This document shows, in pieces, positions 1-16,482 of a stretch of DNA of 64,000 nt. Source of the DNA: the human T2T-CHM13v2.0 reference genome, Homo sapiens; NCBI RefSeq assembly GCF_009914755.1, contig NC_060947.1. One strand, 5' to 3'. How positions within the stretch are numbered: the stretch's first letter is position 1; each line of letters begins with the position of its first letter. The position numbers and the translations under genes are program-made. Below the pieces are notes generated by a model, which saw only the letters and a program-made list of their open reading frames with translations, was not told where the DNA came from and did no database searches.

Positions 1-1520
1 GAATAAAGTGTGAGAGAGAGCCATGTGTATAGCACGTTAAAAAAAAAGACATTTTAGGCAGAGAAAACAGCAAGTACAAAGTCCCTGATGTGGGAGGGTT
101 CTCGGAATATTAGAGAGGCAGCAGCAAGGCCAATGTGGCAGGACTGGAGGCAAGAGTGGTAAGAAGAATAGGAGACTGAGGTGAGGAATTAGATAAAGAT
201 GGGGTGGAAGAGAAGACTGTGTAGGGCCCTGTAAGCCATTGTAAGGATGTTTGTGTTTACTACCAGTAAGATGGGAAAGCCACTAGAAAGTTTTGAGCAG
301 AGGGGTGATGTGATCAGACTTACTTTTTAAAAAAGATCACAGCTAAAGAATAGACAATTTGGAGATAAGAGTAAAAGCAGGGAGACCAGTGAAGAAGCCA
401 CTGTGATACGTAATATTAGGTATCAACTTGACTGGATTGAGGGATGCCTAGATACCTGGTAAAGTATTGTTTCTGGGTGTGTCTGTAAGGGTGTTGCCAG
501 GGGAGATTGACACTTGAGTCAGTGGACTGGGAGAGGAAGACACCTTCATTGTGGGTGGGCACCATCCAGTCAGCTGCCAGTACTGCTGGAACAAAGCAGG
601 CGGAAGAAGGGGGATAAAAGCAGCTTGTTTACTGAGTCTGCTTGTTCTTTCTTCACATGCTATGCCCGATGCTTGGCTTCCTTTCCTTCTGCCCTGGGAC
701 ATCAGACTCCAGGTTCTTTGGCCTTTAGACTCTAGAACTTGCACCAGCAGCTTCCCAGGGGCTCTTGGCCCTTTGGCCTCAGGCTGAGGGCTGCATTGTC
801 AGCTTCCCTGGTTTTGAGGCTTTCAGACTTAGACTGAGCCATGCTACTGGCTTCTCTCTTTCCCCACCTTGCAGATGGCCTATTGTGGGGCTTCACCTTG
901 TAACTGTGTGAGCCAATTTTCCCTAACGTGCTCCCCCGTGTATGTGGGGAGCATATATACACACATGAGGGAGCACATGTGTGTGTGTATACGCATACAC
1001 ACATATACACAGGGGAGTACATGTGTATATGTGTGTGTATCTCCTGTTGTTTCTGTCCCTCTGGAGAACCTTGACTAATACAACTATTAAAGTAATAAGT
1101 GAGAGATGATGGTGACTTGGCTTGGGTTAGAATGGTACCAGAGGAAGTGATGAGAAATGGTAGGATTCTTGCTAAGTTTCTAATGTCAGGCCAACAGGGT
1201 TTCTTAATGAAGTGTGTAGGAGAAAGAGGAATCAGATAACTTCAAAGTTTTTGGCTTGAGCAACTGGATTAATGAAGCTGCCTGAAACTGAGAATGTTGA
1301 GGGAGAACCTGGCTTGAAGAAGAAAACAAGGGTTGGGAGTTTTGCACATGGTATGGTAAGCTTGAGATACCTGTAATACACAAATGGAGTTGCTGAGTAT
1401 GAGTATGAATATGAGTATGATGCATAAGTGTCAAACTCAGAGGAGAGGTTGAGCTACAGATTCAAATTTCATTTTGACATTGGATGAGATCAACTCAATG
1501 GCAAGTGTAGATAAAGAAAA
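1..1520 (-). mobile_element. L2 LINE remnant, interrupted by MLT2 LTR at 402-1082
   Basis: Degenerate L2 antisense motifs (aagccattgtaagga, gttttgagcagaggggtgatgtgatcagact, gtgagagatgatggtg, gtttttggcttgagcaactgg) continue collinearly on both sides of the LTR. Confidence 0.75.
402..1082 (+). mobile_element. MLT2A/B-type solo LTR (ERVL)
   Basis: Starts tgtgat..aatattaggtatcaacttgactggattgagggatgcc and ends ctggagaaccttgactaataca (TG...CA), matching the MLT2 consensus. Confidence 0.9.
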
Positions 1521-1625
1521 TAATTAAGTAATTATTTAAAATTTATAAAGAAAGGAGGAAATAGCTTGCCACAAGCATTAGAATAGATAGCTGATGTTGT
1601 AGAATCTCAGACTCTTGTATATATA

Positions 1626-2004
1626 CGGTCGTGCGCCACATAATGACATTTTGGTTAATGACAGACCACATATATGATGGAAGCTTCATAATATTATAAT
1701 GGAGCTGAAAAATTCCTATTGCCTAGTAGCATTGTAGCCATCTAACATTGTAGCATGACACATTACCTTTTCTATATTTAGATACACAAATGCCATTGTG
1801 TTACAATTGCCTACAGTATTCAGTACAGTCACATGCTGTACAGGTTTGTAGCCTAGGGGTGATAGGCTATATTATATAGTCTAGGTGTATACTAGGCTAT
1901 ACCACCTAGGTTTGTGTACGTATACTCTATGATGTTTGCACAATAACAGAATTGTCTAACGATCCATTTCCCAGAACATATCATCATTAAGCAATGCAAA
2001 ACTA
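1626..2004 (+). mobile_element. Tigger3a (MER7A/GOLEM) non-autonomous DNA transposon
   Basis: TA-flanked; begins cggtcgtgcgccacataatgac; contains attataatggagctgaaaaattcctattgcctagt; ends cattaagcaatgcaaaacta. Confidence 0.85.
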
Positions 2005-2111
2005 TATTGTCATTTTCTGAAAAACTGTGGGATTGAAATGGATAACTCCTTAAGCTTACTTTCAGGCCTGTATATGTCCTTAATATTGATTGGCTGAATG
2101 CCTACAACAAG

Positions 2112-2510
2112 AATAGCAAATAATATTTACTGATCTGTTAAGACGTGCCAGGCATAGGATCTAATTGTTTTTACATGTATTCACTTACTTAACTGTCACA
2201 GCAGCCTTATGAAATGGGTATTGTTATTTCTTTATTTTGTAGGAAGAGACCAATTTGTACTTTAATCAAAAATCCCTCTAAACTTATAATTCTGTCTTGT
2301 GAATATATTTTGTAGTTCTCACATTAGTTTCTCATACATTGTCTTTTTTGTTCTTCCCAACAATCTTGTGAAATGGATAGGAAAGGTAGTAGCACAGTTT
2401 TATAGATAAGGCAAGTGAGCATCAACAAGGTTGTGATTTATCCAGTATCACAAATTAGTGAAGAGTGTAGTTGGCACTTAAACCCCAGTTCTGATTCCAA
2501 GCCAACCTCA
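2112..2510 (-). mobile_element. Two MIR fragments (approx. 2112-2250 and 2345-2510)
   Basis: Degenerate MIR core motifs gtgccaggca..., cacagcagccttatgaaatgggtattgttatt, ttttatagataagg. Confidence 0.6.
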
Positions 2511-2541
2511 CCTATACATGCCATACAAACTTGCTCTAAGA

Positions 2542-3025
2542 CAGCACTGTCCAATAGAGGTCTCTGTGATGATGGAAATGGAAATTTTCTAATCTGTGCT
2601 GTTCAGTATGGTAGCCACTCAGCACATGTGGCTATTGAACACTTGAAATGTGGCTAACATATGTATACATGTGCCATGCTGGTGCGCTGCACCCACTAAC
2701 TTGTCATCTAGCATTAGGTATATCTCCCAATACTATCCCTCCCCCCTCCCCCCGACCCCACAACAGTCCCCAGAGTGTGATGTTCCCCTTCCTGTGTCCA
2801 TGTGATCTCATTGTATGTAACTAACCTGCACAATGTGCACATGTACCTAAAACTTAAAGTATAATAATAAAAGAAAAAAAAAACTTAAAAAAAGAGTGAA
2901 CATAAAATAAAAAAAAAAAGAAATGTGGCTAACAAAACTAAGCAAGTAATTTTTTATTTAATTTTAATTAAATTTAAATGAATATAGCCAGATGTGACTA
3001 GTGGCTGCCATGTTGGACATTGCAG
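2542..3025 (+). mobile_element. MER3 (hAT-Charlie MITE), split by L1PA2 insertion
   Basis: cagcactgtccaataga...ggtagccactcagcacatgtggctattgaacacttgaaatgtggcta | ...tagccagatgtgactagtggctgccatgttggacattgcag. Confidence 0.85.
2660..2919 (+). mobile_element. Very short 5'-inverted (twin-primed) L1PA2-like insertion
   Basis: Antisense L1 3'UTR at 2660-2813 joined to the sense terminus and A-rich tail at 2814-2919. Perfect 15-bp TSD gaaatgtggctaaca (2645-2659, 2920-2934). Young diagnostics (gagatcac, ctagatgac, gcagcgcacc, cacaatgtg) without the L1HS-Ta ACA/G characters. Confidence 0.92.
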
Positions 3026-3109
3026 CTGAAGAATATGAATAATCATTAGCAAATGAAGATTATATGAAAATGTTACTATGGAATTCCACATCTCTTTGTG
3101 TCACAAATA

Positions 3110-3355
3110 GACCCTGGTGAATTTTTTCCAACTGTTTCAAGAAGAGTTAATCCTGTATTGTACTATTTCAAAATACAGAAAAGGATGCTATGCTGTCTAG
3201 CTTGATGAGACAAATAAGGTTTTGATCCCCAAACCCCAAAATAACTTTACCACAAATGAAAATTTCAGGCTGATCATAACTTATGAACATCAGTCATTCT
3301 AAATAGGCTTGGCAAACCACACATTGCAAGTATTCCACATGATCATCAAGTAGAA
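3110..3355 (+). mobile_element. Ancient L1M ORF2 fragment
   Basis: Degenerate match to the EFYQTFKEEL...LIPKP...[11 protein letters not shown] coding region. Confidence 0.6.
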
Positions 3356-3589
3356 ATTTCAGCTTAAAATTGTTATAACAGAGTGGTTATTTAAAATTAT
3401 AATAAATATATTTATTAAAATAAATATAAATTTAGCTATATAGAAAAAAACACCAAAAGGACAAATAATGTGTGACACAAGTAAAAGTTAGAGTAGGTAA
3501 ACAATCTAAATGGTCACTCTGTTTAATATCCAAATTTTACTTGACAGTTTACAAATTAAACAAATGCTTACTCCAGGACCCTCAGTAGT

Positions 3590-4095
3590 TGTGATAGGCA
3601 GTCTCCATGCATTTGTGTTATCCCTTCCCCTTAAGTGTAGACTGGATATAGTGACTCTCTTCTAACAAACAGAATTTTGCAAAAATAATGAGATGTCGCT
3701 TAGATTAGGTTACAAAAAGACTCGCTTCTGTCTTGCTTGCCTTTTCTTGCATGTTTAGCATTAAGAACTGAGGAACTGAGGATGGCCTCTGGCCAAAAAC
3801 TAGCAAGAAGCTGAGGCCCTCAGTCCAATAGCTCACAAGGTTGTTGAATTCTTCCAACAACCACATAAGTGAGCTTGGAAGCAGATCCTCCCTCAGTATA
3901 ACCTTCAGATGAGACCAGAGCCCCAGCCAACACCTTGATTGCCAGATTGTAAGAGATCTTGAATCCTTGAGGCAGAGACACTCAGCTAAGCCTCACCTAG
4001 TTTCTTGACCTGCAGAAACTGAAATGATAAATGCTTATTGTTTTAAGCCATTCAGTTTTAGTGTAATTTGTTACACAGAAATAAAATCTAATATA
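3590..4095 (+). mobile_element. MLT1F-like MaLR solo LTR
   Basis: gaagctgaggccctcagtccaa, gtgagcttggaagcagatcctccc, cttcagatgagacc, ttgttttaagcca...taatttgttacacag. Confidence 0.85.
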
Positions 4096-4299
4096 CTAGG
4101 GAAATCAAAGATGCACTGGCTTTGCTTCAGCCTCATTAGGGAGCTTCCTTTCAAGTAGGGGAGAATGCATGAGGTGATACACAAAGTAGATCCTGAAGTA
4201 GAAAAAAATGCATTGCCTATGTAGCCATCAAAAATACATTTTTAAGGTACCATTATGTACCATTCAAATGCAAAAAATGACAGGGCTATTGTCAGCATA

Positions 4300-4590
4300 T
4301 TGCTGAAATATACTTTGTATATTGCTGAAAGCTCCTAATCGGTCCTTTCTGACAGGGGATCTGGCAAAAATAATATTACAAAATTTTTCTTACCCTTTGA
4401 TGTGGTGATGATTCCTTTTTGGCAAGATATCCTAAGAAAATATCCAAAGTATATGTGGTTTTAGAGGGAAAATTTTTTAAATATGACTAATGCTGCACTA
4501 TAAATAATAGCAAACAATAGGAACATTTCAAATACCTAACAGTGGATTAAAGATGTACATCTGATGCAGCAACTTAATGGAATACAGTAG
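4300..4590 (+). mobile_element. L1ME 3' fragment
   Basis: Degenerate ccctttga...gatatcctaagaaaat...ataatagcaaac...aatggaatac. Confidence 0.5.
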
Positions 4591-4599
4591 AGTATCATA

Positions 4600-5363
<764 letters not shown>

Positions 5364-5909
5364 AGCTGCTACTTATAGTTATGTCTATGGATTGAGTTGA
5401 TAAGTGGAGATATGCATAGCCGACTCTTGGCATTTATGAGGGGGTATCATCAGAGATCTTAAAAATTCTAGATCTGTAAAAGTGAAAATGTTGATTTAAG
5501 TGCCTGGCTTTTTTCTGGAATCATTTCTGTTGAGTTATGTATTTCCTATGCTTTGTCTCACAACACAAGTTAATCCCTTTCAATTTCGTTAAGTTTCCTC
5601 GATAACTATTTTTCAGAAAGAATTATTTTTCTCGCTTGATAAGAGTGCTGCCTATATAACAACAAGTACAGAGGAAAAAAAAGAATTAGGGATGCTGGTT
5701 ATTTTTAACAGGGGAGGGTGACTTGCTTTTGTATAATTCAAATTTGTACCAGAGGAAAATGACCAATTACTAAGTCTTAGACTTTCAGGGAGTTGAAAAT
5801 ACTAATTACACAAGTATGTACATTGAAAAAGATCAAAACATGACTTGAATAATTATTTTTAAAAGCCATCATTATTAAGTTGCTAACTTATTTTTAGTTT
5901 TATTAAAAA

Positions 5910-6085
5910 GCAATTCTTTCCTCAACTCTCATTCATTCCTCTACTTACTCCATTCTGGCGTCTGTCCTCACCATTCCACCAAAATAGCTCTTGTTAAGGA
6001 CACCAGTGCCATCCATGCCATGGAATTCAATGGACACGTTTTAGTATTCATCTTATTTGACTATTAAAGCAATATCTGGCTCTGG
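5910..6085 (+). mobile_element. L2 RT-region remnant, continuing at approx. 12235-12530 after the L1
   Basis: Degenerate QSGF.P.HSTETAL.KV...VLILLDL.AAFDTVDH-coding sequence; resumes after the L1 TSD. Confidence 0.7.
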
Positions 6086-6319
6086 TGAGCACTCACTTCT
6101 TTTTTTTAAATTTTTTTTATACTTTAAGTTGTAGGGTACATGTGCACAATGTGCAAGTTTGTTACATATGTATACATGTGCCATGCTGGTTTGCTGTACT
6201 CATTAATTCATCATTTACATTAGGTATTTCTCCTAATGCTATCCCTCCCCCATCACCCCAACCCACGACAGGCCCTGGTGTGTGATGTTCCCCGCCCTGT
6301 GTCCAAGTGTTCTCATTGT

Positions 6320-10115
<3,796 letters not shown>

Positions 10116-10178
10116 TATGATGTTAGCTGGTTATTTTGCCCGTTAGTTGATGCAGTTTCTTCCTAGCCTTGATGGTCT

Positions 10179-11203
10179 TTACAGTTTGGCAAGTTTTTGC
10201 AGTGGCTGGTACCGCTTGTCCCTTTCCGTGTTTAGTGCTTCCTTCAGGAGCTCTTGTAAGGCAGGCCTGGTGGTGACAAAATCTCTCAGCATTTGGTTGT
10301 CTGTAAAGGATTTTATTTCTCCTTTACTTATGAAGCTTAGTTTGGCTGGATATGAAATTCTGGGTTGAAAATTCTTTCCTTTAAGAGTGTTGAATATTGG
10401 CCCCCACTCTTTTCTGGCTTGTAGAGTTTCTGCCGAGAGATCCACTGTTAGTCTGATGGGCTTCCCTTTGTGGGTAACCCAGCCTTTCTCTCTGGCTGCC
10501 CTTAACATTTTTTCCTTCATTTCAACTTTGGTGAATCTGAGAATTACATGTCTTGGGGTTGCTCTTCTCGAGGAGTATCTTTGTGGTATTCTCTGTATTT
10601 CCTGAATTTGAATGTTGGCCTGCCTTGCTAGGTTGGGCAAGTTCTCCTGGATAATATCCTGAAGAGTGTTTTCCAGCTTGGTTCCATTCTCCCCGTCACT
10701 TTCAGGTACACCAATCAGACGTAGATTTGGTCTTTTGACATCTTCCCATATTTCTTGGAGGCTTTGTCTGTTTCTTTTTACTCTTTTTTCTCTAAACTTC
10801 TCTTCGCACTTCATTTCATTAATTTGATCTGCAATCACTGATACCCTTTCTTCCACTTAATTGAATCAGCTACTGAAGCTTGTGCATGCGTCATGTAATT
10901 CTCGTGCTATGGTTTTCAGCTCCATCAGGTCATGTAAGGTCTTCTGTACACTGTTTATTCAGTTAGCCATTCGTCCAACTTTTTTTCAAGGTTTTTAGCT
11001 TCCTTGCGATGGGTTTGAACATCCTCCTTTAGCTCAGAGAAGTTTGTTATTACCGACCTTCTGAAGCCTACTTGTGTCAACTCGTCAAAGTCATTCTCTG
11101 TCCAGCTTTGTTCCATTGCTGCCGAGGAGCTGTGATTCTTTGGAGGAGAAGACGCACTCTGATTTTTAGAATTTTCAGCTTTTCTGCTCCGGTTTTTCCA
11201 CAT
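10179..11203 (-). pseudogene. L1 ORF1p, frameshifted
   Basis: Fragments 10955-11203 and 10179-10856 (RPNLRLIGVPE, YPAKLSF). Confidence 0.95.
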
Positions 11204-11355
11204 CTTTGTGGTTTTATCTACCTTTGGTCTTTGATGATGGTGACCTACAGATGGGGTTTTGATGTGGATTTCTTTTTTGTTGATGCTGATGCTATTCCTT
11301 CATGTTTGTTAGTTTTCCTTCCAACAGTCACGTCCCTCAGCTTCAGGTCTGTTGG

Positions 11356-11470
11356 AGTTTTCTGGAGGTCCACTCCAGACCTTGTTTGCCTGAGTATCAC
11401 CAGCAGAGGCTGCAGAACAGCAAATATTGCTGCCTGATCCTTCCTCTGGAAGCTTTGTCTCAGAGTGGCA
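11356..11470 (-). promoter_or_regulatory. L1 5'UTR segment carrying the ZNF93-binding region lost in younger L1s (also present in the second L1 at approx. 48472-48600)
   Basis: Sequence between caggtctgttgga and the ...ccggttgtatgaggtgtc junction is retained; this interval is deleted in L1PA2/L1HS (from recalled consensus). Confidence 0.6.
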
Positions 11471-12869
11471 CCCGGTTGTATGAGGTGTCTGTCAGCCCCT
11501 ACTTGGAGGTGTCTCCCAGTTAGGCTACATGAGGGTCAGGAACCCACTTGAGGAGGCAGTCTGTCCGTTCTCAGAGCTCAAACACCGTGCTGGGAGAACC
11601 ACTGCTCTCTTCAGAGCTGTCATGCCGGGACATTTAAGTCTGCAGAAGTTTCTCCTGCCTTTTATTCAGCTATGCTGTGCCCCCAGAGGTGGAGTCTACA
11701 GAGGCAGGCAGGCCTCACTGAGCTGCGGTGGGCTCCACCCAGTTCGAGCTTCCTAGCCACTTTGTTTACCTACTCAAGCTTCAGCAATGTCAGACGCCCT
11801 TCCCCCACCCAGGCTGCCACCTCGCAGTTTGATCTTGGACTGCTGCACTAGCAGTGAGCAAGGCTCCGTGGGTGTGGGAGCCAGTAAACCAGGCACAGGA
11901 AATAATCTCCTGGTGTGCCATTTGTTAAGACCATTGGAAAAGCACAGTATTAAGGCAGGAGTGTCCTGAGTGTCCTGATTGTCCCAGTACAGTCTGTGAC
12001 ATCTTCCCTTGTCTAGGAAAGGGAAATCCCCTGACCCCTTGCGCTTCCCGGATGAAACGATGCCCCTCTCTGCTTTGGCTTGCCCTTCGTGGGCTGCACC
12101 CACTGTCCTACCGGTCCCAATGAGATGAACCAGGTACCTCAGTTGGAAATGCAGAAATCACCCGTCTTCTGCATTGATCACGCTGGGAGCTGCAGACCAG
12201 AGCTGTTCCTATTCGGCCAACTGAGCACTCACTTGTTTTTGGAACACTCTGTTCCCTTATCTTTCTTAATAGCATAGTTGTCCCCACCTCTTTGGCTGCT
12301 CTTGTCAGCATCCTTTGCAAAAAAGTAAAGGCCTCTCTCAGCTATACTATTTACCTAGACAAGTTTATATGCTTCAAATTCCATTATATGCTAAGCCTTC
12401 CAAATGCCTATATGATCTCTACAACTGCCTATGTAATATGTGCAAATGCTTACATGATATCTCCACTAGGATTATCTTCAGCACACCTCAAATTTTCTAA
12501 GTCTGGAAACAAATCCATGAGCATTCCCTAAAATGTTAATATCAAGTGATCATACAGGTTTACCATTATGGAACAGAGTCTAGCAGGGGCTTTGTTAATG
12601 TGCATTAGGAGGCTGAATTAATTAATTAAAGGTGTATTATGCCTTTAGGCAATGCTGAAGAAGTAAAGAGAGCATGGGAATGTAGATGCGGTGCATTACT
12701 AATTATTTGTGTTGATGTTCCTACCATTCTGATAGGATGGGGCATGGGATGGGATGCTCAAAGTCATATTTATTTTGATTTAAAGAAAATAAAAGATATA
12801 TGACATTTCTTACATATCTAATTTTGTGGAATAAGATTCATACCTGTGACATAATTATATATTCATTAG

Positions 12870-13022
12870 TGTGATTATTTGATTAAAATCTATCTCTTAC
12901 ATTTAACTGTATGCTTGATAAGTACAGGAATTATGCCTGTTTTGCTTACTGTTGTATCTTTAGTACTAACATAGTGCCTAGCAAGTAGTAGGCTTTCAGT
13001 AAGTGTTCAACGCACAATTAGT
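12870..13022 (+). mobile_element. L2 3' end
   Basis: ttgcttactgttgtatct...aacatagtgcctagcaagtagtaggctttcagtaagtgtt. Confidence 0.7.
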
Positions 13023-13875
13023 GGTCTGTATTTTCTTCTGTGTGTTCTATTATGCACTCAAGTGTAGTCTGATTTACCCTTATTCTTTGTCCAAACATAT
13101 ATGCCTCCATGACTTAAAAAAGTGAAATTAGGCAAACCTGGCCAGAGAATAAGTAATACCAGACATATTCTCAGACTACTTTGTGAAGCATGGGGCATGC
13201 TGAACCTGTAGGTAGAAACTGAACCTATTCATTTAGAAGAGCCATTTGTTGCCTAATCTTGTTCTTATGCAGTTTGTCATTCTCAGTTTTGGTTCTGTCC
13301 TGGTTTTTGTGTTCTGTCAGATAGTCAGCTTCAAAAAATTATGTCCAAAATCAGAACAAAAAATGACACATGGAAGTTGTCGAGGCAGGGCCCTAGGAAT
13401 GCATAAACATTTGACTGTGTGAGGATTGGAGGGTTACTAAAAGCAAGGATTATATGGTTTACTCATGGATAACCTCAGCAAAGTGACTAGAAAAACTGGA
13501 GGCACTTTCGAAGTACAGGCGGAAGGCAGAGAATGGACTGAGTACCTGTTAGAAACAGCTGTTGCAATGGACAGCAGTCAGGAAAGGGCTGGGGCCAGGA
13601 AATGTGTTGTGATAGACTGACTCTTTATGTCTTTTGGAGTAGATCATGGCTTACTCTTTTTTAAAAAAAAGCACCAGGATCTCTCTATGTTAACATTACT
13701 TTGCATTTCAAGGCTTCCAACTGATCTTACAGATAAGTAGTCACCTGTTCTGATCTGGGCCTTCTTTTGGTTCTGTGCTATCCCTTTGGGTTTGCTCAGA
13801 CAGAGGGAGGTGCTTATGGTCCCAGCTCTTGGAGATTGTGCAGTCCTGGACATTCTGACCAAGTGCTTTGTGCTT

Positions 13876-14332
13876 TGTGAACCCAGAAAATCTGAGACAG
13901 GTGTCAATTAATTTAGAAAGTTTATTTTGCCAAGGTTGAGGATGCACCCATGACACAGCCTCAGGTAGTCCTGAGGCATGTGCCCAAGGTGGTTGGGACA
14001 CAGCTTGGTTTTCTACATTTTAGAGAGACATGAGACATTAATCAATATATGTAAGAAGTACATTAATTTGGTCTGGAAAGGCGGGACATCTTGAAGCAAC
14101 GGTAGAAAGACTGGAAGCTGGGAGGGTGCTTCCAGATCACAGGTGAGACACAAATGGTTGCATTCTTTTGAGTTTCTGATTAGCCTTTCCAAAGAAGGCA
14201 ATCAGATATGCATCTATCTCAGTGAGCAGAGGAGTGACTTTGGATAGAATGGGAGGCAGGTTTGCCCTAAGCAGTTTCCAGCTTGAATTTTCCTTAGTGA
14301 TTTGGGGGGTGCAAGATATATATCCTTTCACA
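13876..14332 (-). mobile_element. MER4A-family solo LTR (ERV1)
   Basis: TG...CA termini (tgtgaacccagaaaatctgagacagg ... cctttcaca); perfect 4-bp TSD gctt. Confidence 0.92.
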
Positions 14333-15179
14333 GCTTCCACTGAAGATTGTCCTTTAAGTCCTTTCAGCATGAATGGAGAAACCTTGCAGCCATTCAAGGG
14401 ACAGGTAAGTATCACCTGAGAACCTAAGAAAATGCATTTCTGTGTCAGTTCCCAAGCTCAATGTGCCATATGGAGGGCCAAGGCATCATGGTTTCAAATA
14501 CCAACATTGCTACTTATATGCTGTGGGATTCTGCCTAAATCTTTAGATCTCTCTGCAGTTCAGTAAAACACTTTTCTATAATATGTGAATATTTTTTTCT
14601 GGATCCCTAATGACCATGTTCCACTCTCTTTTAGATACTTTTCAGTGTGTCTGGCAAGGTATATAGGGATCAATATTTGGTGTGTATGTGTGTATCTGCA
14701 TGTAAGAGAGGTCTATAATCCCTTTAGCAAATGCACACAAACACACACATACACACATGTTTGTAATAATTGCATAGTAATTATAGAATTACTATAGTAT
14801 GTTTAGTAATATCCTGAGGCAAAGTGTTTTAAAAGGCTGTCATCTAATTGACCAAGGAAGTGACTTCCTCTATTCCATTCCCACTGTCTTGGAACAAGGG
14901 ACCAGCTTCTCACTGCCAAACAGGAAGATCTAGAAAAGCAACTGGAGTGTGGGCTGAGAGGGTGGTGATCAGTCAAGAGTCAGTGTGATTGCCACGTAAC
15001 ACTTCTCATTCCAGACACAAATTTTATGGATTATGCGTTATGTGTGGAGAATGGTGATCTGGCCTCAGCCTCACTCCCCTGGGCAAACAATACAAGGCTC
15101 CTGTCTGGAAACCTTGATAGGTTGCTTCAATGGGGCTGTGCTGGGTAATTTAAGAAGGAGCAGTGATGGGAAGGAGAAC

Positions 15180-15390
15180 TAACATTTATTTCATAAGCAA
15201 ATATTATGTGATTTCATTTTATCTTCACAACAATCCTATGATATAGGGATATTAAATATCTCCCATTTTAAAGATGAGGAAATAGAAGCTCAGAGAGGCA
15301 AAGTAACTTTCCCCAGGTCACAGAGCCAGAAAGTGAAATTCCAAACCATATCCTTCCAAATCCAAAACCTGTGTTATTTCTCTTATGCTA
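15180..15390 (-). mobile_element. MIR
   Basis: cttcacaacaatcctatga...cccattttaaagatgaggaaatagaagctcagagagg...aagtaactttccccaggtcacag. Confidence 0.8.
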
Positions 15391-15409
15391 TTTGGCATAA
15401 AAACGCAGG

Positions 15410-15630
15410 CAGGAAAATGGTTAAGAACAAGGACTCTGGGGATGGATTGCCTAAGGCTGAATAGATGTGTGATGTTGGCAAGTCACTTCCCATCTCTTGG
15501 TTTTAGCCTCATTATCTTAAAATGGGGACAGTAACAGTACCTACTTCCTAGGGTAATGTGAAGATTAAAAGAGTTAACACAAGAAAAGTACCTCCAGTGC
15601 CTAGAGTAAAATATGCAAGCTATTTATTTT
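15410..15630 (+). mobile_element. MIR
   Basis: tggttaagaacaaggactctgg...ggcaagtcactt...aaaatggggacagtaacagtacctactt. Confidence 0.8.
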
Positions 15631-15919
15631 CATCCCACAGTGCTTTGGAGCTCCAGCCCTCAGAGTATACTGGTAGCACAGGGCTCTCACATTCCTGGCT
15701 CTTGCCCTCATGTCTATAGCCTGGGGCCTCTTTAGCAGGGATTGTCTACTGCTAAAAGAAATAAGGCATTTTCCTGGTAGACTGCAGTGAACTAACTCTA
15801 ATTGGCTTTTAGTATTACTCAGTTCAGCTTCTCAAGAGAAGGAGTTTTTAGTGCTGTGGGGTCATTCCCACTTAAGGAGGGGCATGGTAAATGGACAATT
15901 TGGACATAAAAGCAGCTTA

Positions 15920-16233
15920 ATTTTTTTTTTTACTTTTATTTTAGGTTCAGGGGTACATGGATGGGTTTGTTATATGAGTAAACTTGTGTCACAGGGGTTG
16001 GTTGTACAGATTATTTCATCAACCAGGTACTAAGCCTAGTACTCAATAGTTACGTTTTCTGATCCTCTCCCTCCCCCAACCCTCCATCTTCAAGTAGGCC
16101 CCAGTGTCTGTTGTTCCCCTCTTTGTGTCCATGTGTTGTCATCATTTAGCTCCCACTTATGAGTGAGAACATGTGGTATTTGGTTTTCTGTTCCTGCATT
16201 AGTTTGCAAAGGGTGATGGCCTCCAGTTCCACC
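15920..16233 (-). mobile_element. 5'-truncated older L1PA (about PA13) 3' end
   Basis: Poly(T) then ggttcaggggtacatg, gtacagattatttcatcaaccagg, ctcccacttatgagtgagaacatg. Confidence 0.85.
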
Positions 16234-16249
16234 ACAGAAATTTAATACA

Positions 16250-16450
16250 CAGAAATGAACATTCCTTGAGCAAAAATCTTTGTTTATCTAACTGTACCTT
16301 CTTAGTGCAGATTTCTTGAAGTGAAATGGCTGGATCAAAGGATAGAAACATTTTTAAAGCTCTTTAAATTTAGTATTAAACTGCTTTTTCCAGGCAAATA
16401 ATATCCACACCAACACATAAGACGGTCATGAACCTGCCTATTCAATGATA
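16250..16450 (-). mobile_element. L1ME fragment
   Basis: atgaacattcctt...gaagtgaaatggctggatcaaagg...ccaacacataaga. Confidence 0.55.
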
Positions 16451-16482
16451 CCTCCATAAGCCATAGTGTTACTTAAAATGTC

